Shown here: piece by piece, positions 9,736 through 18,531 of the stretch
Numbering within the stretch: the first letter of the stretch is position 1
Layout of the letters: every line of letters starts with the position of its first letter
Source: Alphaproteobacteria bacterium
GTDB lineage: Bacteria > Pseudomonadota > Alphaproteobacteria > SP197
Assembly (NCBI GenBank): GCA_964291265.2
Contig: OZ219746.1
Location: forward strand, 128,001 to 192,000
Direction of reading: 5' to 3'
DNA length: 64,000 bases
Notes under the pieces: generated by a model
The model's database searches: none
Seen by the model: only the letters and a program-made list of their open reading frames with translations
What the model was told of the DNA's origin: nothing
Program-made: the position numbers and the translations under genes

Positions 9736-10545
9736 ATGACGCGTTTCACCATTGCCACCTGGAACATCAACTCGGTACGTCTGCGGCTCGCCCAGGTTCT
9801 GGCATTCCTGGATGATCACCGGCCCGACGTGCTGTGCCTCCAGGAAACCAAGACGGCCGACTCCACCTTTCCCCTCGGCGCGTTCCGGAATGCAGGCTGG
9901 CCGTATGCCATGATCGCCGGTTTCAAGGGCCGCAACGGCGTGGCGATCCTGAGCCGTCATCCCTTCGCCGGCAGTCACGAGCTGTCGTGGTGTGGCAAGG
10001 ATGACGGCCGCCACGTGCAGGTGACCTTTCCCGACGGCCTTCGGATCGACAACATCTACGTCCCGGCGGGCGGCGCCATCCCGGATCCCGGGATCAACGA
10101 CAAGTTCGCCCACAAACTCGATTTCCTGGAGGAGGTGACGGACTGGATCATCGACGAACGGGACCAGGGCGCACGGCGAGTCCTGGCCGGCGACCTCAAC
10201 ATCGCGCCGCTGGAACACGACGTGTGGTCGCACAGGAAGCTTCTGCGCGCCGTCTCCCACACTCCGGTGGAAGTGGAATCCCTGGGGCGTCTCTACGCCT
10301 CCCATGACTGGACCGACGTCGCCCGCCATTTCGTGCCGCCCTCCGAGAAACTCTATTCCTGGTGGCCCTACAGGAGCGGCCGGGACTGGTCCGCCAAGGA
10401 CTATGGCCGGCGCCTCGATCACATCTGGGTGACGCCGTCCCTCGTGTCGTCCCTTCGCGGCTGCCGGACGCTGCGTCACATGCGCGAACACGATCAGCCG
10501 AGCGACCACGTTCCGGTGCTCGCTACCCTGGAGTTCTCCGGATGA
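9736..10545 (+). CDS. xth: Exodeoxyribonuclease III
   Basis: ATWNINS, LCLQETK, NGVAILS, GDLNIAP, RLDHIW, PSDHVPV. Confidence 0.95.
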   Translation: MTRFTIATWNINSVRLRLAQVLAFLDDHRPDVLCLQETKTADSTFPLGAFRNAGWPYAMIAGFKGRNGVAILSRHPFAGSHELSWCGKDDGRHVQVTFPDGLRIDNIYVPAGGAIPDPGINDKFAHKLDFLEEVTDWIIDERDQGARRVLAGDLNIAPLEHDVWSHRKLLRAVSHTPVEVESLGRLYASHDWTDVARHFVPPSEKLYSWWPYRSGRDWSAKDYGRRLDHIWVTPSLVSSLRGCRTLRHMREHDQPSDHVPVLATLEFSG

Positions 10546-11306
10546 GCACGGACAAGGCCTGGCGCGTGTCCGGCGAGGGCGCCATCGCGACACTGACGCT
10601 CGATCGTCCGGACAAGCACAATCTCCTGAAGATGTCCGAGGTCGATGATCTGGTCGGCGACCTCGACGCCCTTGATGCCGACACCTCGCTCAGGGTGATC
10701 GTGGTGACCGGCACGGGCGCCAGGACCTTTTCGGCCGGAGTCGACCTCGGCGACATCCTGACCCGGGACTGGACCGACAATCCCGTGGAGCGCCTTGCCG
10801 ACCGCATCGAGGCGCTGCGCCCGGTGACCGTCGCGGCGCTGAACGGCCATGTCTACGGTGCGGCTGCCGATCTTGCCCTGGCCTGCGATTTCCGCATCGG
10901 CGTCGAGGACATGAAACTGGTCATGCCTCCGGCGCGCTACGGACTCGTCTTCCATGAATCGGGCCTTCGCCGCTTCATCGAGAAACTGGGTCCCGGCACC
11001 GCCCGTCAGCTCTTCCTCGCGTCGCGGGACATGGGTGACCGACGCCTCCTCGAAACCGGCTACCTCGACCAGCTGTGCACGAGGGAGGATTTCTCCGACA
11101 CGGTGAAGGCCTTCGCCGAACACCTTGCCTCCCTCTCCCCGCTGTCTCTTGCCATCACCTCGAAGGCGATCACGGACATTTCGCGTGGCACGCTCGATTC
11201 CGCGCGACTCAAGCGCGAGACGGTGGCGTGTTTTGCGACCGACGACGCCCGCGAAGGCATGGCCGCGGCACGCCGGAAGAGACTTCCCCGATTCGTCGGC
11301 CGCTGA
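10542..11306 (+). CDS. Enoyl-CoA hydratase/isomerase family protein
   Basis: LDRPDKHN, FSAGVDL, VAALNGHVYG, LACDFRI; ATGA overlap with xth. Confidence 0.9.
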   Translation: MSTDKAWRVSGEGAIATLTLDRPDKHNLLKMSEVDDLVGDLDALDADTSLRVIVVTGTGARTFSAGVDLGDILTRDWTDNPVERLADRIEALRPVTVAALNGHVYGAAADLALACDFRIGVEDMKLVMPPARYGLVFHESGLRRFIEKLGPGTARQLFLASRDMGDRRLLETGYLDQLCTREDFSDTVKAFAEHLASLSPLSLAITSKAITDISRGTLDSARLKRETVACFATDDAREGMAAARRKRLPRFVGR

Positions 11307-11494
11307 CGGAGCGTGGCACGGCGTTCGGTGTACCGCACAGATCATGCCGGAGTCGGTGTCATCGGGGAGTCGATCTCCCGGGAGAACGAGTTGCCAAACG
11401 GAAGCCTCCTCTCCCTGCGGACCTGACCGACCAGTCAAGTGACATCCGGCGGCTCGTGGCGACATCGCGGGAGGAGGGGGGCGGTTTCTCCGGT

Positions 11495-12334
11495 TCAGCC
11501 GTGTGCGGCGACGAGGGAAGCGAGAAAGGCGTTGACGGTCCTGGGAGCATGGCGGTTGAGCGAGACGTGCCCGAGACCGGGCAGTTCGTGGTAGTGGCCG
11601 TGGCGCGCCGCTTCGGCCACACGCCTGACCACGCGCGGCGGCGTCTGGATGTCTTCCGAGAAGGCGACCGCATGGATGGGCACGGGACAGTCGGCGAGGG
11701 CGGCCGTCACGTCGTAGTCAAGGCACGCCTGCCACTGCGCGATCAGCATCTGCGGGTCGCGGTCGGCGAAGCGGGGCGTGTAGGCAGCCTTGATCCGTTC
11801 CCACAGGGCTTCGTCCTCCAGGGCATTGGCGGGATGGGCAAAGGCGGCGTAGTGACATGCGGCAAAGTCCGGCGGCATGGCGAGGCCGCCATCCAACCGG
11901 GCCTGGACTTCCGCTGTCATCCAGTCGCGCGTGAAACCGGTGATCCTGGCCGACGTTCCCATGACGATGGCGAGGCGAACGAGATGGGGGTGATCGATGG
12001 CGACCTGCTGGGTGATGAGCGATCCCATGGACAGCCCGGCGAGAATGACGGGCGGCGAACAGAAGGCTTCGATGATGCCGGCGCAGTCATCGCCAAACTG
12101 CTTCATCGACCAGGGCGGCGGCGTGCCGGTGGTTTCACCCGCACCCCGGGGGTCGTAGGCCGTCGATCTGAGGTCGTTGTGGAAGAACTCGAACTGCTCG
12201 GCCCAGTAATGCGCCGGACTGTCTCCTCCGGGAACCCAGACAATGTCGGGTCCGCTGCCTCCCTGCAGCACCCGGAACCGCGCATTCGCCGTCTCGTGGA
12301 ACTGCACACGGACCATGTCGGCAAACGTCGTCAT
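11495..12334 (-). CDS. Alpha/beta hydrolase
   Basis: YDPRGAGET, nucleophile elbow GLSMG, C-terminal GLGH. Confidence 0.88.
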   Translation of the reverse strand: MTTFADMVRVQFHETANARFRVLQGGSGPDIVWVPGGDSPAHYWAEQFEFFHNDLRSTAYDPRGAGETTGTPPPWSMKQFGDDCAGIIEAFCSPPVILAGLSMGSLITQQVAIDHPHLVRLAIVMGTSARITGFTRDWMTAEVQARLDGGLAMPPDFAACHYAAFAHPANALEDEALWERIKAAYTPRFADRDPQMLIAQWQACLDYDVTAALADCPVPIHAVAFSEDIQTPPRVVRRVAEAARHGHYHELPGLGHVSLNRHAPRTVNAFLASLVAAHG

Positions 12335-12462
12335 CCGGAGCGCCTCCGCCGCGATGATCGCCAACGGTAGAAGGCACGCGGCTTCTCGGCAACCGCTTGG
12401 ACTTCCACCGAGCCCGGGGATAGAGTGCCGCTCCGCGACACATCCCGGGAGGACCGAGTACC

Positions 12463-13767
12463 ATGGTTGCCGTATCGAAGATCGCCCGCGAGAAGGGTAT
12501 CAGGTATTTCCTGATCAGCTTTTCGGACCTTGCCGGCGTGGCCCGCTCCAAGCTGGTGCCGGCTGCCGCGATCGATGACATGGTGGCTGACGGTGCCGGG
12601 TTCGCCGGGTTTGCCACCCACCTCGACATGACGCCGGCCCATCCGGACATGTTTGCCGTGCCCGATCCCGAATCTCTCATCCAGCTTCCCTGGAAACCGG
12701 AGGTCGGCTGGATGGCCGGCAACCTCGTGATGGCCGGAAGAGAGGTCGACCATGGTCCGCGCAACGTGCTGCGGCGCATGATCGTGCGCGCCGGGGACGA
12801 AGGCATGCGTTTCCGGACCGGTGTGGAGTGCGAGTTCCACCTGATCAACGCCGACGGCAGCGACATTCACGATTCCCGCGACATCATGGACAAGCCGTGC
12901 TATGACCAGCAGGCTCTCATGCGTCGCTATGACGTCATCGCCGAGATCTGCGATGCCATGCTGACCCTGGGCTGGGGGCCCTACCAGAACGACCACGAAG
13001 ACGCCAACGGCCAGTTCGAGATGAACTGGGACTACGCCGATGTCCTCGTGACCGCTGACCGCCACACCTTCTTCAAGTTCATGGTGAAATCGATCGCCGA
13101 GAACCACGGGCTGCGGGCCACGTTCATGCCCAAGCCTTTCACGCACATCACTGGAAACGGCTGCCATACCCATGCCAGCATGTGGAATTCGGCAGGTGAC
13201 ACCAACCTGTTCCACGATCCGGACGGGGAGCTCGGCATTTCCCGGATGGGCTACCACTTCCTCGGTGGCGTGCTCAGGCATGCCCGGGCGCTGACTGCGA
13301 TCTTCAATCCGGTGATCAACAGCTACAAGAGGATCAACGCCCAGGTCACGGCGTCGGGCGCGACATGGTCGCCCAACACGGTCTCCTACACGGGCAACAA
13401 CCGCACGCACATGGTGCGGATTCCCGACGAGGGGCGCTTTGAGTTCCGCCTGATGGACGGGGCCACCAACCCCTACCTGGCCCAGGCCGCCCTGCTCGCC
13501 GCCGGACTTGACGGAATTGCCGGCGAGGTCGATCCAGGCGAGCGTCTTGACGTCAACATGTACGAAACCGATGCCGAAGCGTTGAATGTCGAGCGCCTGC
13601 CGCTCAATCTCCTCGACGCGGTTCGCGTGGCTGAGTCCAACACGATGCTGCGTGACTATCTCGGCGACGAGACCGTCAACGCCTTCCTTTCCATGAAGAA
13701 GCGCGAGTGGCTCGATTACACGCGTCACCTGACCCAGTGGGAGCGTGTCAACACTCTCGATTGCTGA
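12463..13767 (+). CDS. glnT: Type III glutamate-ammonia ligase (GlnT / gamma-glutamylmethylamide synthetase GmaS-like)
   Basis: SKLVPAAAI..M..DGAGFAGFA, GVECEF, QNDHEDANGQFEMNW, ATFMPKPF, GNNRTHMVRIP. Confidence 0.9.
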   Translation: MVAVSKIAREKGIRYFLISFSDLAGVARSKLVPAAAIDDMVADGAGFAGFATHLDMTPAHPDMFAVPDPESLIQLPWKPEVGWMAGNLVMAGREVDHGPRNVLRRMIVRAGDEGMRFRTGVECEFHLINADGSDIHDSRDIMDKPCYDQQALMRRYDVIAEICDAMLTLGWGPYQNDHEDANGQFEMNWDYADVLVTADRHTFFKFMVKSIAENHGLRATFMPKPFTHITGNGCHTHASMWNSAGDTNLFHDPDGELGISRMGYHFLGGVLRHARALTAIFNPVINSYKRINAQVTASGATWSPNTVSYTGNNRTHMVRIPDEGRFEFRLMDGATNPYLAQAALLAAGLDGIAGEVDPGERLDVNMYETDAEALNVERLPLNLLDAVRVAESNTMLRDYLGDETVNAFLSMKKREWLDYTRHLTQWERVNTLDC

Positions 13768-13809
13768 ACGTGCGGCCCACCCGTCTCGCTGGCGAGGGAG
13801 CGTGAAACG

Positions 13810-14721
13810 GTGATCCTCGTCTTCGGCTCGCTCAACATGGACTTCATCCTTCAGGTGGAGCGCCTGCCGGCGCCGGGGGAGACGGTGCTCACTCCGGAGC
13901 ACGCCACGGCGCCCGGCGGCAAGGGAGCGAACCAGGCGGTTGCCTCCGCCCGCGCCGGGGCAAATGTGAGCATGGCGGGTTGTGTCGGGCCGGACGACTT
14001 TGGCCGCGAACTGACTGCCATCATGACCGGCGAAGGCATCGACATGACCCATGTCGCCACGGCGACCCTGCCGACGGCGCTGGCTGTCGTCACGGTCGAT
14101 TGCGAGGGCGCCAACCAGATCGTCGTGTCGAGCGGAGCCAATCGAGAGGCCCGGCAGGCATATGTCGGGGATGACATGCTGAACGCGGCGACGACCCTGC
14201 TGCTGCAACGCGAAGTGCCTGTCGGCGAGTGCGCGGTCCTGGCCCGCCGGGCCCGGAACGCCGGCGTGCGTGTCATTCTCAATGCCGCACCGGCGGGTCC
14301 GGTTGATGGCGATGCGCTTGACCTCCTGATCGTCAACGAGGTTGAGGCACAAGCCGTCGCCAGGGAGTCGGGCCTGGACGGGCTTGCTCCAATCGATCTT
14401 GCACACCACCTGGCGCGCCACGATGGCGTGACAACCGTGGTGACACTGGGCGAGCGCGGTGCAGTCGCCGTCGGTCCCGGTGAGACCTGGAGCATTGGCA
14501 GCCTTGCGATCCGGCCGATTGACACCGTGGGGGCCGGCGACGCCTTTTGCGGCACCCTCGCCGCGGCTCTTGACATGGACATGCCGCTTCCTCGGGCCCT
14601 GCACCGTGCCTGCGTTGCCGGCGCCCTTGCCTGCCTTGAGCCGGGCGCCATGCCGGCCCTGCCGCGTTCCGAGGCCGTTGATGCCCGCCTCGAGGAACTG
14701 GCGCCGGCGGTTGCCGTGTGA
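13810..14721 (+). CDS. rbsK: Ribokinase (PfkB family)
   Basis: GSLNMD, PGGKGANQAVA, VNEVEA, DTVGAGDAF. Confidence 0.9.
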   Translation: MILVFGSLNMDFILQVERLPAPGETVLTPEHATAPGGKGANQAVASARAGANVSMAGCVGPDDFGRELTAIMTGEGIDMTHVATATLPTALAVVTVDCEGANQIVVSSGANREARQAYVGDDMLNAATTLLLQREVPVGECAVLARRARNAGVRVILNAAPAGPVDGDALDLLIVNEVEAQAVARESGLDGLAPIDLAHHLARHDGVTTVVTLGERGAVAVGPGETWSIGSLAIRPIDTVGAGDAFCGTLAAALDMDMPLPRALHRACVAGALACLEPGAMPALPRSEAVDARLEELAPAVAV

Positions 14722-16031
14722 TGACTGACCGGCGGCGTGCCGGTCTGCCGCGGCTGGTGGCCCTCGATGCCCTCGTGGCGTGCCTCGAGGACCGGCGCCC
14801 GCTCGATCATGTGCTGGAACGGGACAAGCGGTTCAACAGCCTTGACTCCCGCGACCGGGCGCTCATTCATGCCGTGACCGCGGGGACCTGCCGCCGGCTG
14901 GGCCAGATCGACGCGCTGATCGCCGCCAGCCTCGAACGACCGTTGCCGGTGCGAGCGCGCACTGTGCGCGCCATCCTGCGCCTCGGCATCGCCCAGCTGC
15001 TGTTTCTCGGATTTGCGCCCCATGCCGCCATCGACAGTTCGGTACGCCTTGCCCATGCCCGTGCAAGGGGCATGGCCCCCTTCGTCAATGCCGTTCTGCG
15101 GAGGCTGCAAAGGGAGGGAAGGTCGCTGATGGCCTCCCAGGATCCGACGGTGCTGAACACGCCCGCCTGGCTCTATCGGTCATGGCGGGACGCCTGGGGC
15201 GGCGCTTCCGCGTCCGCCATCGCGAACGTGAACCTCGCCCGTCCGGAACTTGACATCACCGTGGTGGACGACGCGCAAGCCTGGGCGACACGGCTGGGGG
15301 GCCGCGTCCTTTCGACCGGCAGTCTCAGGGTACCTTCAGCCAGCCCTGTCAGGGATCTCCCGGGGTATGAATGCGGACGCTGGTGGGTTCAGGATACGGC
15401 CGCCTCGTTTCCGGCCCGTCTGCTCGGCGACATTGCCGGACGGCGGGTTCTTGATCTGTGTGCGGCACCGGGTGGCAAGACGGCGCAGCTTGCCGTTGCC
15501 GGGGCCCGCGTCACGGCGGTCGACGTGTCCGGACAACGCATGGCGAGACTGCAGGCCAACATGGAGCGCCTCGGTTGCACGATCGAGACATGCATCGCGG
15601 ATGCGGCCACCTGGCGTTCGTCAACGCCGTTCGACGCCGTGCTGCTCGATGCGCCGTGCAGCGGCACCGGCACCATACGCCGACATCCCGACATACCGTG
15701 GATCAGGGACCGGACGGACGTTTGCCGTCTCGCGTCCCTGCAGCGGCGGATGATTGCCAATGCTCTTGCCAACCTCTCTCGCCGGGGAGTTCTCGTCTAC
15801 GCGGCGTGCTCCCTGGAGCTGGAAGAAGGAGAAGCGCACCTCGGCCACCTGGGGCATGGCTGCCACGTCGATGCCATTCGTCCAGACGAGGTTCCTGGAC
15901 TCACCGAGGCGGTGACAGAGGAGGGATGCCTGAGGATACTGCCCACGCACCTTGCCCGGGAGGGAGGTCTGGACGGCTTTTTCGTCGTGCGCTTGCGACA
16001 GTCGGGTGAAGCTGGTACCTCAGTCGTGTGA
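14718..16031 (+). CDS. rsmB: RsmB/NOP RNA m5C methyltransferase with NusB-like N-terminus
   Basis: VQD, LDLCAAPGGKT, LDAPCSGTGTIRRHPD, YAACSL..EEGE. Confidence 0.9.
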   Translation: MMTDRRRAGLPRLVALDALVACLEDRRPLDHVLERDKRFNSLDSRDRALIHAVTAGTCRRLGQIDALIAASLERPLPVRARTVRAILRLGIAQLLFLGFAPHAAIDSSVRLAHARARGMAPFVNAVLRRLQREGRSLMASQDPTVLNTPAWLYRSWRDAWGGASASAIANVNLARPELDITVVDDAQAWATRLGGRVLSTGSLRVPSASPVRDLPGYECGRWWVQDTAASFPARLLGDIAGRRVLDLCAAPGGKTAQLAVAGARVTAVDVSGQRMARLQANMERLGCTIETCIADAATWRSSTPFDAVLLDAPCSGTGTIRRHPDIPWIRDRTDVCRLASLQRRMIANALANLSRRGVLVYAACSLELEEGEAHLGHLGHGCHVDAIRPDEVPGLTEAVTEEGCLRILPTHLAREGGLDGFFVVRLRQSGEAGTSVV

Positions 16032-16687
16032 AGCAGTCCCTGCGCATTGCTCCTTCCATCCTGTCGGCCGACTTTTCCAGGCTCGGTCAGGAAGTCCGCG
16101 CCATCGACAGTGCCGGGTGTGACCGCATCCATATCGACGTGATGGATGGTCACTTCGTGCCCAACCTGACACTGGGCGCTCCGATCGTCGCGGCGCTGAG
16201 GGACTGCAGCACGAAGCCCTTCGACGTTCACCTGATGGTAAGTGCTCCCGATCATCTCATCGGGGACTTCATCAGCGCTGGCAGCGACATGGTGACTGTG
16301 CATGTCGAGGCAACACCGCATGTCCATCGCACCCTGCAGGTCATCCGTGAGTCAGGCGCCGGAGCCGGCGTTTCCCTCAATCCCCAGACCCCCGCCGTTG
16401 CCGTCGCCGCACTGCTTGAGCAGGTCGATCTCATCCTTGTCATGACCGTCAATCCGGGGTACGCGGGACAGACGTTCATCAAGGGTGTCCTGCCGAAGAT
16501 CGCGGAACTGAGGGCGATGATTGACGCCGGGGGACATGATATCGATCTCGGGGTCGACGGCGGCATCACACCCGCCACCGCGCACCTCGCGGCGACGGCC
16601 GGCGCCGATGTGCTGGTGGCGGGCACGGCCGTGTTCGCCGGCGGCCCTGGGCACTATGCCGACAACATCCAGGCGCTCCGGGTTTAG
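16028..16687 (+). CDS. rpe: Ribulose-phosphate 3-epimerase
   Basis: IAPSILSADF, HIDVMDGHFVPN, DVHLM, VMTVNPG, VDGGI. Confidence 0.97.
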   Translation: MKQSLRIAPSILSADFSRLGQEVRAIDSAGCDRIHIDVMDGHFVPNLTLGAPIVAALRDCSTKPFDVHLMVSAPDHLIGDFISAGSDMVTVHVEATPHVHRTLQVIRESGAGAGVSLNPQTPAVAVAALLEQVDLILVMTVNPGYAGQTFIKGVLPKIAELRAMIDAGGHDIDLGVDGGITPATAHLAATAGADVLVAGTAVFAGGPGHYADNIQALRV

Positions 16688-16689
16688 CG

Positions 16690-18387
16690 GTGGTGCACCA
16701 GGCAAGCGAACCGGGTTTCGTGTCCGATCCGCTGGAAGGACTCCGGTCGGTACTCTTTACAAGCCGGATCTATCGTTTCTTCCTGGCGCGGGAAGTACCG
16801 GACAATCTCCTGCAGAGTCTCAACGATCCGTGGCCAGGAGATGCAGCCCGGGGTCACGCCATCAGCGAGGGGCACTGGAAGCTGGCGAACCAGACATTCG
16901 TCTTCGATCATCGGCTGGGTCCGCCCGACTGGTATCCTCCGGGGGCCTGGAACGGCTGGCTCGAGGAGTTGCACGGCTTTACATGGTTGCGTGATCTTCA
17001 GGAAGCGGGAGGACACGCCCGCCAGATTGCCCAGACGGCCCTCACCGGATGGATTGCCGATTGCGGATCCTGGAACCGCTTTGCCTGGCGACCCGACGTT
17101 CTGGGACGGCGCCTTGCCTCGTGGCTGACGCATCACGGATTTCTCATCGGCGATGCCGATCCCCGTTTTCGTCAGCAGTTCTTCAGGAGCCTCACGGAAC
17201 AGACGCGGCATCTGGCTCGCGTGGCGACGCGGGGATCCTCGGGTCTCGGCAGGATCGCCGCCCTGCGGGCCCTGATCTTCGCCGGAATCACCCTGCCGGG
17301 GTCGGTGCGGCGCCTGCCGCAGGTCATGCGCCTCCTCAAGCAGGAACTGGATCACCAGATGTTGCCGGATGGCGGACAGCGCGAACGCAATCCCAGCGTC
17401 CAGTATCTTCTGTTGCGTGATCTCGTGGACATTCGCCTGGCCCTGATCCAGGGCCGCCATCCCGTTCCCGGCTGGCTCCAGCAGACCATCGACCGTGCCG
17501 CGCCCATGCTCCGCTTCTATCGACACGGTGATGGCGGACTGGCGCTCTTCAACGGGTCGCGGGAGGAATCGTCCCACCTGATCGACAATGTGCTGGCCAT
17601 CGGCCAGGCCACGGGACGGCCGCTGCGGCGCACACCGTACACGGGTTTCGAACGTCTCGAGGCGGGCAGTACCGTCGTTCTCGTGGATGCCGCCTGGCCT
17701 CCGGCAGCCGAGTGGACCGCGCGGGCCCATGCAGCCCCTCTTGCCTTCGAGGTGAGCTGTGGCAGGGAACGGCTGATTGTCTCCATGGGCGCCTGGCATG
17801 GCCCGGACAGCGACTGGCAACAGGCTGCCCGAGAGACCGCGGCGCACTCGACCATGACGGTGGACGATCGAAGCCTGGCGGAGTTCAGAAAGGATGGGCT
17901 CCTCGGCCGGGGACCACGCGAGGTGGAGGTGGAACGGCGCGAACGGCAGGGCAATGTGAGTCTTGTCATGAGACATGATGGATACCAATCGCCGTTCCGC
18001 CTGATCCACCACCGCACGCTTGCCCTCGCTGCAGATGGCCATGTGCTGAGAGGCGAGGACGTTCTCGACGGTCCTGGCGGCGAACGCTTCTCGCTGCGCT
18101 TCCATCTTCACCCCGATGTCCGGGCAGCGGTTGTGCACGACAGCCAGAGTGTTCTCCTCAGCCCGAGGTCCGGCAAGGGATGGCGGTTGAGCGTCAAGGG
18201 GGGTGTTCTGGAACTGGTGGGCAGTGTCTATCTGGGCGCGGGCACCATGCGCACGTCCCAGCAGGTGGTCGTGTCCCGGGGGCTGAACGGGGTCAGGAAC
18301 GTCGTCACGTGGGAGCTCGAACGCATCGAGTCGAGACCGAGAAGGAAACGGAAGCGTTCACACGGTGAAGAACTGGCTCTCGTCTGA
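16690..18387 (+). CDS. Heparinase II/III-like protein
   Basis: LHGFTWLRDL, LPDGG...RNP, RHGDGGLALFNG, HAAPLAFE, TAAHST, RFHLHP; usual position after rpe. Confidence 0.85.
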   Translation: MVHQASEPGFVSDPLEGLRSVLFTSRIYRFFLAREVPDNLLQSLNDPWPGDAARGHAISEGHWKLANQTFVFDHRLGPPDWYPPGAWNGWLEELHGFTWLRDLQEAGGHARQIAQTALTGWIADCGSWNRFAWRPDVLGRRLASWLTHHGFLIGDADPRFRQQFFRSLTEQTRHLARVATRGSSGLGRIAALRALIFAGITLPGSVRRLPQVMRLLKQELDHQMLPDGGQRERNPSVQYLLLRDLVDIRLALIQGRHPVPGWLQQTIDRAAPMLRFYRHGDGGLALFNGSREESSHLIDNVLAIGQATGRPLRRTPYTGFERLEAGSTVVLVDAAWPPAAEWTARAHAAPLAFEVSCGRERLIVSMGAWHGPDSDWQQAARETAAHSTMTVDDRSLAEFRKDGLLGRGPREVEVERRERQGNVSLVMRHDGYQSPFRLIHHRTLALAADGHVLRGEDVLDGPGGERFSLRFHLHPDVRAAVVHDSQSVLLSPRSGKGWRLSVKGGVLELVGSVYLGAGTMRTSQQVVVSRGLNGVRNVVTWELERIESRPRRKRKRSHGEELALV

Positions 18388-18424
18388 CAACGGCGCCTTG
18401 CCGCGAATCGCCAGGTGGATACAT

Positions 18425-18519
18425 GGAGGGGGATCGGTTCCGGTGGACCGCCCGGTCTTCAAAACCGGTGAGGGGCGCAAGGCGTGCCTGGTGGGTTCGA
18501 CTCCTGCCCCCTTCCGCCA
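18425..18519 (+). tRNA. selC: tRNA-Sec (anticodon UCA)
   Basis: 95 nt; 8-bp acceptor GGAGGGGG/CCCCTTCC + G-CCA; 6-bp D stem with 4-nt loop; anticodon arm CCGGT-CT-TCA-AA-ACCGG; long variable arm; TTCGACT T loop. Confidence 0.96.
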
Positions 18520-18531
18520 TCGCGGGGATTC

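Noticed and set aside
12331-14604. Long antisense or alternate-frame ORFs (e.g. 12331-14604 -, 25911-28043 +, 29199-30431 +, 41215-42501 +)
   Set aside because: Shadow ORFs of high-GC genes that overlap well-supported CDSs and carry no motifs
18495-18519. selC as an integration site for a downstream island
   Set aside because: No duplicate of the tRNA 3' end and no integrase were seen in the window; selD follows directly
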